A DNA stretch of 63,129 bases, filler included, from Basidioascus undulatus (GCA_000826855.1; 15 parts of 15 records of this genome joined end to end with filler, not necessarily neighbours in it), one strand, 5' to 3'. Positions 50,548-63,129 are shown, counted from the first letter of the whole stretch. Notes: generated by a model from the sequence alone, not told the origin. Translations and numbers: made by a program.

Positions 50548-51889
50548 TCAGCGCCCCCTCTCCCCAAACGGCATCAGCCGCTGATCCAGTCCCCCCAGCA
50601 TCGACGGCGCCTCCTCCTCCTCCTCCTCGCCCGCCGCCTCCCTCTCCAGCCGCTCCAGCTCCGCAATCCGCTGCGCCTCGAGCACGCGCTCCCACTCCTC
50701 GCAGAAGGGAGCGATGTCCACGCGCGTGCGGATCCCGCGCGCCTCGAGCGTCTGGACAAACTCGAGGATCTCGAACGGCGGGACGAAGGAGCGGATGGGC
50801 TCGGTGAAGGCGAGGATGTATAGCTCTACGTGGGTATGACGGTTGAGTTGGGATGGACGTGGAGGGGTAGAAGGCGGGGTAGAGTAGGGCGGAGGGAAGA
50901 AGACGGACCTTTCGCCCATGGACACGCCTTCACCGCGCGCGTGACGACCCTGTGCGCGTTCCTTACCTGCCCGTGCCGGAGCTCGAACCGGACGTACAGC
51001 TTCCAAAGCGCGATAGACGTGCGTGTCCTGCAGCGCTCCCCCAAACCAACAATCATCAGGACCAATCCCGGTCCGGCCAGACGAGCCAACGTACCGCTCC
51101 TGCTCGACAGCGCGCTCAAACAACGCGCGCACGCGGTGCTCGTTGTAGCCATGCGCATCGCGATGGAGCTCCGACCAGATGGCGAAGATGAACCCCGCGG
51201 CGGTGGCGTGCCTGTCGTCGAGCACGCGCTCGTCGAGCAGCATCCGCACGCGGTTTGCAATCTTCGTGCGCTGCTCGTTCCACGCGTATAGGGACCTGAA
51301 CGCCACCCAGTATTCTCATCAGCATCTCCCGCTCGCCCGAAACAGTGCTAGAAAGCGAAAGAGAAGAAGGAAAGCGCACAAGAACGTCGTATTATTCGGG
51401 AACGCCCCAATCGCTTGCTCGAGCACCGCGCGCATCACGCCCGGCCTAAATAGGCCCCCACGGGCAGTGTGCCGGTAGAGCACAAGCGCGTACGCCATGA
51501 GTGTCTCCTCGTGCTCGATGCTGCCCTCGTAGACGGCGGCCCGGCGCGCCTCGAAGACGGCGCAGGCGGCCTCGATGCCCTTTGTCAGGTACTCGAGGAG
51601 CGCGAGGGAGAAGAGCGCGTGCGCGGTGGATGGGCTGGGTGGGAGGGAGAGGAGGGATTCGTAGTGCTGTGTTGGGAGGAGCGCGTGAGATGGCTGGGAG
51701 GAGGGGCGGACATGGAAGAGATGGACGCACCCGCCGCGCGCGAAGAATCTTCACCTCCGCTGGCCAGGCCGAGGCGGTAACGACCGCAATAAGCGCTTCC
51801 GGGCCTACCGCTCCATCTCACACCATCAGTCCCATCCCCTCCCCACTCCTCACGGAGGCTGCCAAAGCGCGCCGACAGCACGCGACGGG
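50548..51889 (-). CDS. NRDE2/Nrl1-like HAT-repeat protein, C-terminal part
   Basis: RAVLEQAIGAFPNNT, SLYAWNEQRTKIANRVR, RVRALFERAV, SIALWKLYVRFE, RAVKACPWAK/ELYILAF and LEARGIRTRVDI. Confidence 0.8.
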
Positions 51890-51989
51890 NNNNNNNNNNN
51901 NNNNNNNNNNNNNNNNNNNNNNNNNNNNNNNNNTTAATTAATTAANNNNNNNNNNNNNNNNNNNNNNNNNNNNNNNNNNNNNNNNNNNN

Positions 51990-52419
<430 letters not shown>

Positions 52420-52808
52420 ACGGGATCACCACCTACCTCCTTTTCCCTTCTTGTCGGCCGGTGTGGGAACTGACGACAATGAATTAACACACAAAGCGAG
52501 ATGCAATGCCACTTTCCCGGGCTTACCATCTGTGATTCGGAGACCAGTGTATGAAAAGTTGCGTGATGTCCAGTAAATCCTCACGTTCCGTCCTGACTCT
52601 TTGACCGTTTATGAGCGTGACCGCTAGAGCTCCGTCTCTCATCCTCCACCACTTTTTCAGATCATTACTACTGTTTGCCTGAAAGCTCAATTTGGTCAAC
52701 ACACTAGCCATCTCCAGCCGGCACACTCTGAAGCCCTGCTGCACTTTCCTCACTCTGTTTACCATTGAGCCATCTGCTAGCTGCAGCATCTTTAGAAAGT
52801 CACGCCAT

Positions 52809-53237
52809 TCAAACACAGCCATCCCATTTCCCAGTGTATTCTTTGCCTGTTTGCTTCCTCCACTGCTTCTTGCAAAATATCACCTTCTCAAGCTCGCCAT
52901 TGAGGGATGTATTCAAGATGTCCATCTGGTGAATGTGCCAATTGTGCAGGGCAAGAGCAAAGATGATGTGGATGAAGGTGAGGCAAGTGAGGGGAGTGAA
53001 GGTCTTGTTGAAGCCAGTGCACTTGATCTGTGTGAAGCCCTTCACAACAAGGTGGCCCTTCTTGCTTTTCTCAGTGCCATCAGAATTGAACTTTGTTTTG
53101 AAGACCCACTTTGGGACAAGCGTTTTGCCGTGGGTTGGCATGGACAACCACAGGATGAGCTCCCAGGTTACCATGTGGGCAACTGTGTCCATCTCGACTT
53201 GGGCAATGATCCCCCACTTGCAAGCTGCCAGTCCCAT
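52809..53237 (-). mobile_element. Degenerate Ty1/copia reverse-transcriptase fragment
   Basis: TWEL..KWVFKTKFNSDG..KKGHLVVKGFTQ..FNKTFTPL..IHQMDILNTSLNGELEKVIF, a decayed RVT_2 motif set. Confidence 0.88.
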
Positions 53238-53554
53238 TATGGCAGTGCATCAGGATGATGGGTGCGACTTGGCTGGGAAGCATGAAGTCACCCAAGTCAG
53301 ACTGCTGCCTGTGTGCAATGGCAGTGTAGTACTTGTCACTGCTGATGATGTTGAGCTGGGTTGGCAGACTCGTCAGAGTTGTACTGCGCTCCCCCCACTG
53401 GCTGCTGTGCAATTTGAACGAAAAAGTGATTGAGGAAACACAAGGTAATATGCAAAGTAAAATAGACCAATGCAAAAGTTTGTTGAATCTTTGAATCACT
53501 TGTGTATCGGAAGCAAACAGCACTCAGCCACTGAGCCAGGAGCAAGTGTATCTT

Positions 53555-54095
53555 TGTCAAGAGGAAAGTAGAGACGATGAAGTGGCCCTTTTATCATGGC
53601 TTGAATAATGACAATGTGGAGGAGTGAAAGGGAAGTGGACTGTTGGACTGTTTGTGTGGAGGAGCGAAAGGATAACACAGGTGAAAGGGCCATGCAAGTG
53701 CAGGGGAAATGGACAACATGATCAAAGGGAATGAAGACACAATCACATGCAACTTTAAGGTGAAAGAAGGGTAAGAGATGTAGGGCGAAGAGCGGAGACA
53801 AGGTGAAGTGTCAAACAGAGAGGGAAGATGAGAAGGGGGAAAGAAGTGTGCATATCGACACCCCCACTCGCTCAAGGCTGTAGTCCAAGTCATTCAGCAT
53901 GATGGACGTGCTTGATGCACTCGACACCCTTAGTGAGAATGTCCGCTGTCATGTCCTTGGTGGAGATGTGCTTGACCTGGACATCGCCACTCTCGATGAC
54001 CTCTCGAATCCAGTGCCACTTGATTGCGACATGCTTGGTCGCAGTGTGGACTGCTGGTTCCGAGTGGTGGAGAGCATGGCCTGGTTGTCACCATA
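53555..54095 (-). mobile_element. 3' end of a Ty1/copia element: RNase H tail, polypurine tract and an LTR of about 306 bp
   Basis: YGDNQA..(frameshift)..TKHVAIKWHWIRE..ISTKDMTADILTKG; PPT GAGTGGGGG directly before TGTCGA (53860); putative LTR end TTGACA at 53555. Confidence 0.75.
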
Positions 54096-54099
54096 GATG

Positions 54100-54704
54100 A
54101 TCAATCAGCACAGAAGGCTGGAGGCGAAGCTCGGAGAGGAAGGTGGCCAAAGGGTGCTGGTCCTCTTATATACAGTTGGGGGTATTGCTAGGAAAGTGCT
54201 AGAAAGATCTTGGAAAGTTGTGGAAAGAGATGGAAAGCGGTGGGAAGTTCTGGAGGGGTGGCAACTGGGGTGTGGCTGGGAGGACTTTGGGTGTGATGCA
54301 GGGGAGTCCACTCACACCACCCCTCTTTCTGATGTCTCCAACATTGTGTTACAGTTTGGCCAGAAGGTAATTTCTATGCAGTAGTTCATGTGGCCTAAAA
54401 TACCGATGATGTTCACTTGAACTGTGCTCAACTACTGTCAAGAATTCGACTGGGCAGGGCAGACCACAGCGGGGGCTACCAGCTGACAGGGCTTTATGGT
54501 GGCAGGGATAGATTATGCGGCGAGGTAGGGCTAGGGCGAAGACTAGGGCTAGGGTGGGAGTGGGAGAGCAAGACCAGATGGGGAGCAGTAGAGGGTAAGG
54601 GGGTGCTCTTATAGCTACCCGATGTCAGGATCCGGCAGAGCGAAGCAGACCGCAACGGGGGCTACCCGGGGCTTGTGGGGGCAATGGTTGATTACGAGAC
54701 GAGT
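54100..54704 (-). mobile_element. Two further LTR-like fragments (about 54100-54352 and 54436-54704)
   Basis: The first starts TGT.. and has TATATAAG followed by a pyrimidine tract. The second has CTATAAG and short internal repeats (agggctaggg, gggggctacc) and ends TTGACA at 54436. Confidence 0.4.
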
Positions 54705-55451
54705 NNNNNNNNNNNNNNNNNNNNNNNNNNNNNNNNNNNNNNNNNNNNTTAATTAATTAANNNNNNNNNNNNNNNNNNNNNNNNNNNNNNNNNNNNNNNN
54801 NNNNGGGGGGATGCAAGCATTGGGCGTACACAACATTTCGCTGCGCCGGAAGGAAGCGGGACGCTCAGCCGCTGGCCTACGTAAGGGACGATGCGCTTAC
54901 AAGAAACATGCCTATTCAGGGGAATGTCAGAGTATTCCTCGTAAAAGAAAGTAGCTTGCGCACAGATTGGAACAGTCCCGCTGCGAGAAGGAACCAGACG
55001 AGACTCTTGTTGATTAATGAGCTTTGGTGGGGAAAGCCTTCAGACAACGCTCAAGGGACGCAGGCGGGAATCTACTCGCTCGTTCGGGAAGCTATTCACG
55101 AAATTCCGTCAATGGTTGGCTTCGAGAAACGCAATCCAGTCGACATACAGTCCTGATGCAGGAAGAAATTCAGTGCTGGAACGTTGTTGCATCGGACGTG
55201 TTGCATCGGACGTGACTCACTGAAATAATCCATCCCTTGAATCGCCAAGACTCCCTACAGATGCATATGTGAGCCTCTGGTTTTAAAATGTGCAGTGCGC
55301 GACCAAAGTAGAAGACTGGCAGAGCAAGAAGTAGGGCAGAGAGCGTGCCGACAGTTGGTCGGCCGCCGGTCACGTACGCTCCCTCTCTCTCCTTGCCTCT
55401 CCCGCTCTGCCTGTCCTGCCACTGACAAGGACAATGAAAGCACTTCACTCA

Positions 55452-55560
55452 CCATCAGAATGAGGTTCAAAACACATCCTATCAGATAAGGTCCCAGCTG
55501 CTGGTGCCGGGTCTCGTAGATGTGTTGGTGCAAGGCGTCTCCCTGAATGATGGTAGTCAT
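55452..55560 (-). CDS. First exon of a basidiomycete-type multi-pass membrane protein; downstream exons not recognisable
   Basis: MTTIIQGDALHQHIYETRHQQLGPYLIGCVLNLILM followed by a GTGAGT donor; TATA-like CTATATA about 150 nt upstream. Confidence 0.35.
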
Positions 55561-57614
55561 GGTCGCGTCGCGTCCGAGCAGTTGGAAGTCTCGGGGGAGC
55601 GTCGAGTCCTGTGCGCTGCGCTTGGGACCCGAGTTGGATGCGCAGTTTAATGAAAAGAGGAGTCAGGAGGAACGAGTGTGAGTGGGTATTCGACGGACTG
55701 GCGTGGTATATAGTTAGGCAAGATGAGAAGACGGTCAGCGAGGGAGAGCTTTGATGATCGAATCGCGGTCGTCCCTGCGCAAAATCGTACCGGCAACCTT
55801 CGCGACATCCACCCCACGCTCGCGGTGGCAGGGGCCGGCGCAAGGGCAGAGTTCGGTCATTATAGCAGGGCTGCGCTCGGCCCTGACGGGAGCCATAACC
55901 GTCCGTCAACACGTTGAGCCAATCGATGGAGGAAGCAAAAATCGCAGGTTTCCCGGGGTTTCCGCCCATTCCGTCGAGAGATGTTCACAATATCACTTGA
56001 TTCTAGCACACCACTTCTCGGGATGGGCCAAGTCTCTTTAGCGAGTTCTCGGGAATGATACTATGCAACACTTAGACTCCGGGGTCACTCTTCGGAATCG
56101 TACATGCCAGTTCGGCCTTGGCCAGTCGACGACCAAGCCGTCCAAGTGGTACTAGATAGTTGACAGGCTGCACAGCGCACCGCTCTGAAAATCAGTGATT
56201 TTAAGGTTGCGATGGTCGATAATGAATACCAGAGACCTGGATAAGCTTCACAGCACGCCCTGATCACGTTCGGAGCTAATTGCAGTGTGCTGCGGCGGCC
56301 GCAACCGAAATTTTGACGAGACCATGCACCCTGGAGGGAGACCACAGGGGACCACCAAATCCACACAAGATTGTGCTAAAGTACAAGACATGACAACGGA
56401 ATGCTGCATTAATACAAGAGGTGCCAAGCCCGCGCCGGACGGCAGCGTGCTGTTGTGCGGTTGCCTGAAAACTGGACCTGTAAATGGTATCGGATTCCTA
56501 GAGCTACAGAGGGCGGGAGTACCCACCCCCATACCACAAGTAGACTTGAAGTAGGAGTGTTTCCACTAGCTGGGTGAAGTTTTAGTGATACCCACCTGCG
56601 CCTTGCGGCAACATTCGCTCATCACCGCGACTTGGAAGGCATTTTCTCAGCCTGTACTGGAGTCACCACGGCCGTGTCTGAACTAAGAAGTATACAGAAG
56701 AGTCGCACTTGTACAAAACAAGGCTCAGTTCTGACGGACATGGAATCCGTTGCGGGGGGGACAAGCGCTACTCCGCGCTGCACTGATCCCTTCATCCCTG
56801 GAGCTAAGTGGAGCTTTCAGACGGCTATCAAGAGACCGAGATGGCGACGAAAGCATCAACACCAACATTTTGCAGCTGTGACCGGTTCATCATGGACGGC
56901 AGTCCTTGAAGTCTGGAGATCCCACATAGAGGCAACACCATGTATTTGCCGATGGCTGTGCATGGTAATGCATGCCCATGACTTTGTATGTGGAGGAAAA
57001 CTCTGGATTCAAATTGGAGGACTTCGCTGAGACGAACGGCAGTTCCATTACTCGGTTACGCTGGTGACAGACCGGTGATTGACCGCTGCCTGCTGCGTAC
57101 GATGCGCTCAGCCGAGGCCGAAAGCGCTTGACTTCCATCTACTCTGAGTATCCGAAAGTGGCCCCCCATACCCTCGCTTCACTGAAAATGTTCCCAATCT
57201 ACTCCAAGCCAATATCCCTGCGCACGCAACCCAGCCTCACACCTCGCCCGCTCCTACCGCTGACCGCCCCGCTTCCCCTTTGACCTACGGCACTCCCCGT
57301 CGCTGGATTCACCACACCCAGACTTTATCTTTACCACCCACATGTACCCTTCTCCCACCCTCGCGGCCTGCAGCACAGCATCTCCCCACTGTCCCCTCGG
57401 CTTCCTCTCGCGTCTGCGGACGTGTCGAAAGCGGCGCGGCCGGTAGCGGTTGCCCGAGGACTAGAGGAGATTCTTAGGTTGACGAGGATGGCTGAGGCAG
57501 AAAGGGGGGGGAGGNNNNNNNNNNNNNNNNNNNNNNNNNNNNNNNNNNNNNNNNNNNNTTAATTAATTAANNNNNNNNNNNNNNNNNNNNNNNNNNNNNN
57601 NNNNNNNNNNNNNN

Positions 57615-59545
57615 AGACCACGCCGGAGGCGAATGTATCATCTGCCTCGCCGCGGCGCGGGACGTCCTCCTGCTCCGCGACCCTCTCCCGCTTCTTCTCC
57701 CCCCGAACATTCGGCGCCGGCCTCCGACTCATCCCGACCTCCCGATTCCTAAATAAGTTCCGAGAGCTGACGACCCCTCCTCTCTGTGCGCCGTCCGCCG
57801 TGCCAGGCCCGAAGGATGGCTCGCGGGAGAATGCGCGTTTCGCCGCCGGGTCCGCGGGGCCGAAGGACGGCTCGCGCGAGAATGCGCGCGCGCGGGGCCC
57901 AGGACCGAAGGATGATTCGCGGGAGAACGAGCGCCTGGAGGAGGGCCCGAATGAGGGCTCACGTGAGAATGATCGCGTCCGCCCGTCAGCGGCGGCGGTG
58001 GTGGTTGTTGAGGGCCCGAAGGAGCGCTCGCGCGAGAAGGAGCGCTGCGAGTGAGAGTGGGAGCGGTCGAGCGAGATAGAGGGCGTGCGGGAGAACTCGC
58101 GCTTCCGGACGGCTTCGCCTAGGGTGAGCGGGGCGGAGGAGGCGGAGGATATGGACTTGGAGCGCTTGGGTTCTGGGAGGGGGACGGCTGGCGGAGAAGG
58201 CGAGCGGGGAGGCTCGTCGGGCGTGTCGGAGGGGAAGAGCTTGGCGTGGAAGGTCTGGACTATGCTGGGGAGGGTGGAGGCGAAGCTGTGGCAATGGATC
58301 ATGTTGAGTGAGCGTGAAGGAGCGTGAAAGAGCGATAGAGGGATGAAGGAAAGACGCACTGCGGCTCCACGACATCCCTACAGAACCGTTGCACCTCGTC
58401 AAGTTCCGGCTCGGACTTCCCCATCTTCCCTCCCTTCCCGCCCGCCCCGCCCGCTCCAGACGCAGCGGCAGACGAGCCAACGTCGAGCTTAGCGAGCGCC
58501 TGCCAGACGCAAAGGCGGTCGAGAAGGTACTCGAGCTCTTCCTCGGGAGCGAGCGCGGGAGAGGATGCTCCACGGCGCTTCCGCTTCTTGGCCTTGGGCT
58601 TCTTGACGGACTTGCCTGGTTGGAGATCGGTGGCGGGCGGCGCGGGGAGGGAGGGCGCGGGGACGGGATGGAGGATGAGGTGAAGCAGGAGGAGGGTCTG
58701 GAGGTGCTTCCTGTTGGTTGGATCAATGGGCGGTTAGCTCGGGCAAGAGATGAAGAGGGGCTGGGCACGCACTCTCGCATCTCCAGGGAACTCAGCCAAG
58801 CCCTCACGTCCCGCACCTCTTCCCTCTCCGCCTCCTCTGCGCCCTCCGCCTCCCCATCCGGAGCGCCTGTCGAGCGCCGCTCTTTCCCCCGGCGCTTGAG
58901 CATCCGCCGCAGCCCGTCGCGGAGGTACCACCCCTCGAGCTCGCCGCGGACGCCGTCCGGCCATTGCGTGCCTGCCGCAGCTGGAGCGTCGGGCCCCAGC
59001 GCACTGAGGAGCTTGGAATGGTGGGAATCGGGGAGGGCGGTGCGGTATTTGCGCTCGAGGGTGGGTATGGGGAGGAGGAGCTCGGGGATGGGCGCGGATG
59101 AGGGAAGGCGGTGGAGGGAGCGCAGGAAGAGAGGGAGGGTGTGCATGGGCTGGACATAGGGCATCACACGAATTGATCAGTCAGTCCGGAGGAGGGATGT
59201 TGGTGGCAATCAGTCCGACTTACGTCCCCGACGTGCAGCGTCTCAAGATATCGTCGGAGCAGGTACACGGCAGGCGTCTCGTCCTCGACCTGAACCGATG
59301 TACTCGCTTCAAACACGTTTCTGTGTTTGAAGCGATGAGTTTTCCAGTCGAGAATTCCTGAGATACTCGTGAAGAACTTACCTCTCATCCTTGTCTTCCA
59401 TCTTCAGATCACCCTGCCCCAAGCCCACCCAAAGCGCGTCGAGCGCAAGCTGCTCCTTGAGCGCGTCGGTCGGCTCTATTGGGAACGGTACGGGGCAAGT
59501 GAGGTCCAGCGTATATGGATTCGCTATGAGCGTACCGCCGGTCAT
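57615..59545 (-). CDS. SLD3: Sld3/Treslin-domain DNA replication initiation factor, 3' truncated
   Basis: YLLRRYLETL, LLLPIPTLERKYR, WLSSLEMRE/KHLQTLLLL, LEYLLDRLCVWQ, DEVQRFCRDVVEP/HFASTLP and NREVGM match the Sld3 core pattern (RE.QLQ..., LDRLCIW, FC..V..P.F...LP). Confidence 0.7.
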
Positions 59546-60582
59546 TGTACCGGGGTGTGCGGATGAATGATGGGCAGTGGGTGATGGAGGAAATTGTTCA
59601 AATGGGCAAGACGCGACTTGGTCGCGACGCGTCGTTGCGCGTCGAGCCCCGGGATTATCGCCTTTTCCCCACGCTCTCCTTTCCTTCGTTCTTCTTGCCT
59701 TCTCGCCTCGTTTTCTCTTTTTTCTTCGAACCACTCTCGTCATTCGCCTTGCTCATTACATGTGTTGACTTCTCGCTGCTCTCTAGGACTGCGCATTCAC
59801 GCGGCTCTAAATTGGTAGCTTGATGGATCTCGATCCATGGTCACGCCCAACTCGCCCATGCCAGGGCGGCCCGGCTCGACCTTGCCACTGCGTACGCAGT
59901 TCCGCCATTCACCGAACAACCCATTCTCGCGCATGCTCCCGCCGTCGCCGCCACCTGAGACGAGTGCCGGGCATCGCCAGCTTGCCACCGGCCACACTCT
60001 CTCCTTCCTGGGCATGCTCTCACGTGAGCAGCTCCTGCAGTTTTCGCCACTGCAGGCATAACAGCAGCCCACCACTCTGCCGCCCATACCTCCCTCCCAA
60101 CCACCTGTGCCGAAGTTCGACAAGACAAAGGTGATCCTCAACTGGTCCTCGCTGCCAGTCTTCGAGGTGGTGACCCAGGAGGGTGACAATGTCGAGGTCT
60201 GGGTGCTGTCATGAATACCCTCCCTCCCTTCACCAAGGACATCTACACCCTCTGCTACCCTCTCCCTATTGTCACCTTCCTTTGTCCTATCATCCTCCTG
60301 TCCACCTCCTTGCCTTCCTTTGTCNNNNNNNNNNNNNNNNNNNNNNNNNNNNNNNNNNNNNNNNNNNNTTAATTAATTAANNNNNNNNNNNNNNNNNNNN
60401 NNNNNNNNNNNNNNNNNNNNNNNNTAAATTCCCCTCCTTTGAGCGCTGTTTTCGATATTTCAGGTTCAACAGCAATCGTAACCGGAATAAAACAGGATGC
60501 TCCACAAGCTGACGCATACATGTTGATTTGCGTTTAAAACTGACCCACCTTTTGCGTTGAATTTTGACCCACCCTTAATGGT

Positions 60583-61371
60583 TTATTTTACGGGTTTGGG
60601 TTGTGGATAAGTTGTCGTCTTTTTCTCCTTTTTCGGTTGTGCTGAACTCTCTTTGAAACGATAGCTGTCATTGCCGGTTTCAACAATATGGCAGTGATGG
60701 GTGACTCGATCTAATAGCGCTGTTGTCATCTTTGCATCGCCAAATACATTCGACCATTCGGCAAAGCTGAGGTTGGTGGTGATGATCATGCTGGTGCGTT
60801 CATACAACTTGCTCATCAAGTGAAACAACAAAGCTCCACCGGTTTGGCTGAAGGGTAAATAGCCCATCTCATCCAGAATCACTAAATCGGTATGCATGAG
60901 TCGCGATGCAACTTGTCCTGCTTTACCTTGCTGCTTTTCTTTCTCCAGTGCATTCACTAACTCAATCGTGGAGAAGAAGCGGACACGGCGATGCAACTGT
61001 TCAATCGCTTGAATGCCGATAGCACTGGCAAGATGGGTTTTACCCGTACCGGGACCACCGACAAGCACAACATTCTGTGCGCTATCCATAAAGTCACCGG
61101 AGCACAATTGCCGGATCAATGCTTCATTGGCCATGCTGTTCGTAAAATCAAAGCCACTCAGATCCCGATAGGCAGGGAATTTGGCGGTCTTCAGTTGGTA
61201 AGCCACCGAACGCACTTCACGCTCGGCCAGTTCGGCTTTGAGTAAATGATCGAGGATGTTAGTACTCGCCTGGAATGCCGGTGAATCCTGTTCAGCAAGA
61301 TCACTTAGCGCATGTGCCATGCCGTAGAGTTTGAGTGACTTCAATGCGGGAATCATGGGGTTAGTGTGCAT
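60583..61371 (-). CDS. istB: IS21 AAA+ ATPase helper IstB
   Basis: Walker [12 protein letters not shown], Walker [29 protein letters not shown] and GNDSYRF; GGAGG RBS; 11-nt overlap with the istA end. Confidence 0.96.
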   Translation of the reverse strand: MHTNPMIPALKSLKLYGMAHALSDLAEQDSPAFQASTNILDHLLKAELAEREVRSVAYQLKTAKFPAYRDLSGFDFTNSMANEALIRQLCSGDFMDSAQNVVLVGGPGTGKTHLASAIGIQAIEQLHRRVRFFSTIELVNALEKEKQQGKAGQVASRLMHTDLVILDEMGYLPFSQTGGALLFHLMSKLYERTSMIITTNLSFAEWSNVFGDAKMTTALLDRVTHHCHIVETGNDSYRFKESSAQPKKEKKTTTYPQPKPVK

Positions 61372-62893
61372 GCTGACCTCCGTGTGTGCCGATGGTTTGC
61401 GCGCGCAACTTGTCGTAGCGATTGACGTTGGCGAGCGGTTCGATGCGCAGTGCTAATGCGGGCGGGACTTCAATCGGCGCGATAGGCGACCCTTCCAGTA
61501 ATCGACTCAGAATGTTGATGACGATTTGTTTGGAGGGTGAGCCGGTTTCCAATGCGAGCTCAACCGCCGTGAGAACATCTTGTTCATCGTGCAGTAAAAC
61601 CAGTGCAAGAATATCCACCATCTCCCGATCACCACCGACACGCTTTAACAAAATGGTTTGTAGTGATTGAAAGGCTTGAGGTAATTCTGCGAAAGGCGCA
61701 CCGTTGCGAATCGCTCCGGGTTTGCGTTGCAACACCGAGAGGTAATGCCGCCAGTCATACACCGTCGTTACCTGCTCATGCTTGCGGTTAAACAAACGCG
61801 TATGCACCGCGATGATATTACCTTCAGCAATCACTTCCAGATGATCATGATAGATATGCAAACTCACCGGTCGATTAGCGAAGGAAGACGGGACACTGTA
61901 ACGCGTGCGTTCGAAGGTGATTAAACAGGTGGGCGAGATACGCTTGGTCTGTTCGACAAAACCATCAAAGGGCTGACCCACCGGCATCAGGAAGGATCGC
62001 TCATGATCCAATGCCGCTTGAATGGTTAATGCTTCAGTGGGATGGATGGATTCACTCCAGAGTTGAATGCAGCGCTCTCGCAACCAGTCATTCAAGGCAA
62101 TCAATGAGGGTTGTGCAGGCACCTTCTGCCAGAGCCTTCTTCGCGCATCCTGCACGTTCTTCTCGACCTGTCCTTTCTCCCAACCGGCGGCAGGATTGCA
62201 GAACTCTGCATCAAATAAGTAATGGCTAACCATCGCGGCAAAACGTGCATTCACATCACGCTGCTTGCCACGTTTTACCTTATCGACAGCCGTCTTCATG
62301 TTGTCGTAAATACCGCGCTGCGGAATCCCGCCCCACGCATTAAACGCATGGTGGTGAGCATCGAACAGCATCTCGTGGGTTTGCAGTAAATAAGCACGGA
62401 CGAAGAACGCGCGGCTGTAACTTAATTTGAAATGGGCGACTTGCAGCTTTACCCGCTCACCGGCAATCACCGCCCAGTCTTCACTCCAATCAAACTGAAA
62501 GGCCTCGCCGGGTTTGAATTGCAATGGGATATAGGTGTGCTTGCTCGCACCTTTACTCGATTCCAGTTGCTGGCGACGCCACTCGCGGGCAAAGACAGCA
62601 ACGCGGTCATAAGAGCCTTCAAATCCCAGCGCACACAAATCGGCATGCATCTGTTTGAGTGAACGGCGTTGTTTACGGGAGGTGCGTGCGGCATCGACTA
62701 GCCATTGCCGTAACTTATCCGCAAAGGCATCAAGCTTACTGGGTGTCTGTCGTTTGGGATAAACCGGTTCGCTGATCTCATCGCGCAGGTAGCGGCGAAC
62801 GGTATTGCGGGAAAATCCGGTACGTCGGGCAATCTCGCGCAGCGAGAGTTTGTCACGGAAATACCAACGTCTGATCTTGCTCAAAATGGCCAC
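61361..62893 (-). CDS. istA: IS21 DDE transposase IstA
   Basis: [51 protein letters not shown] and YSVP. Likely GTG start at 62893, 8 nt after AGGAG. Confidence 0.95.
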   Translation of the reverse strand: MAILSKIRRWYFRDKLSLREIARRTGFSRNTVRRYLRDEISEPVYPKRQTPSKLDAFADKLRQWLVDAARTSRKQRRSLKQMHADLCALGFEGSYDRVAVFAREWRRQQLESSKGASKHTYIPLQFKPGEAFQFDWSEDWAVIAGERVKLQVAHFKLSYSRAFFVRAYLLQTHEMLFDAHHHAFNAWGGIPQRGIYDNMKTAVDKVKRGKQRDVNARFAAMVSHYLFDAEFCNPAAGWEKGQVEKNVQDARRRLWQKVPAQPSLIALNDWLRERCIQLWSESIHPTEALTIQAALDHERSFLMPVGQPFDGFVEQTKRISPTCLITFERTRYSVPSSFANRPVSLHIYHDHLEVIAEGNIIAVHTRLFNRKHEQVTTVYDWRHYLSVLQRKPGAIRNGAPFAELPQAFQSLQTILLKRVGGDREMVDILALVLLHDEQDVLTAVELALETGSPSKQIVINILSRLLEGSPIAPIEVPPALALRIEPLANVNRYDKLRAQTIGTHGGQHAH

Positions 62894-63129
62894 GTTAATC
62901 ACTCCTATCTCCCGCTCAAAAAACAAGCAGGATAGTCGGTTTACGTGGGTCAATTTTCGACGCAAATATGGGGGGTTAGTGGGTCAGTTTTAAACGCAAA
63001 TCAACATACTGCTTTATCAGAAACAAAATCAGCTATCAACGCAATTCCTGTGCAGGGGCATTTGCGCAATCGTACATTGCCCAGGCGATTCCCAGGGCTT
63101 TTCCTGGTATTCGAAATGAATATCTACGG

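Larger units (their letters stand above)
60521..63006 (-). mobile_element. Complete bacterial IS21-family insertion sequence (2486 bp)
   Basis: Perfect 28-bp terminal IRs TGTTGATTTGCGTTTAAAACTGACCCAC (60521-60548 and 62979-63006), with a second internal repeat at each end (about 60550-60572 and 62945-62966), enclosing istA-istB. Confidence 0.96.

Noticed and set aside
59822..60200. Possible gene divergent from the Sld3-like gene (exon-like PPVPKFDKTKVILNWSSLPVFEVV)
   Set aside because: I could not build a consistent start and splice model or recognise a family.

Overview
This window is not one locus. It is 15 unrelated contigs joined by artificial 100-nt spacers (N-run, TTAATTAATTAA, N-run). 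Contig 1 is 23.5 kb; contigs 2-15 are about 2.7 kb each and sorted by decreasing length. Contigs 1-14 come from a high-GC, intron-rich fungus, most likely a basidiomycete (short GT-AG introns, GTGCGT/GTACGT/GTGAGT donors, CTGAC/CTCAC branch sites). They carry mostly housekeeping genes, many cut at contig ends: Cdc11/Nud1-like LRR scaffold, RRN7, CFT2/CPSF100, NIT3-like amidase, Nam8/Ngr1-like RRM protein, DED1, Rgd1-like F-BAR/RhoGAP, a secreted phosphoesterase, PanB/ECM31, MDH, CLU1, the 9-1-1 Rad9 subunit, URA9-type DHODH, NRDE2-like, RIB4 and Sld3-like. There are also two apparent pseudogenes and CpG-decayed Ty1/copia and repeat debris. Contig 15 is bacterial: a complete IS21-family element (istA/istB, perfect 28-bp inverted repeats). 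The most unusual signal is at the start of contig 7, where a tRNA(Trp)-like 3' half lies directly upstream of its matching 5' half with a 1-nt spacer. That is a circularly permuted layout, which I do not know from fungi; it is cut by the contig end and needs verification. All family assignments are by motif recognition; no searches were run.
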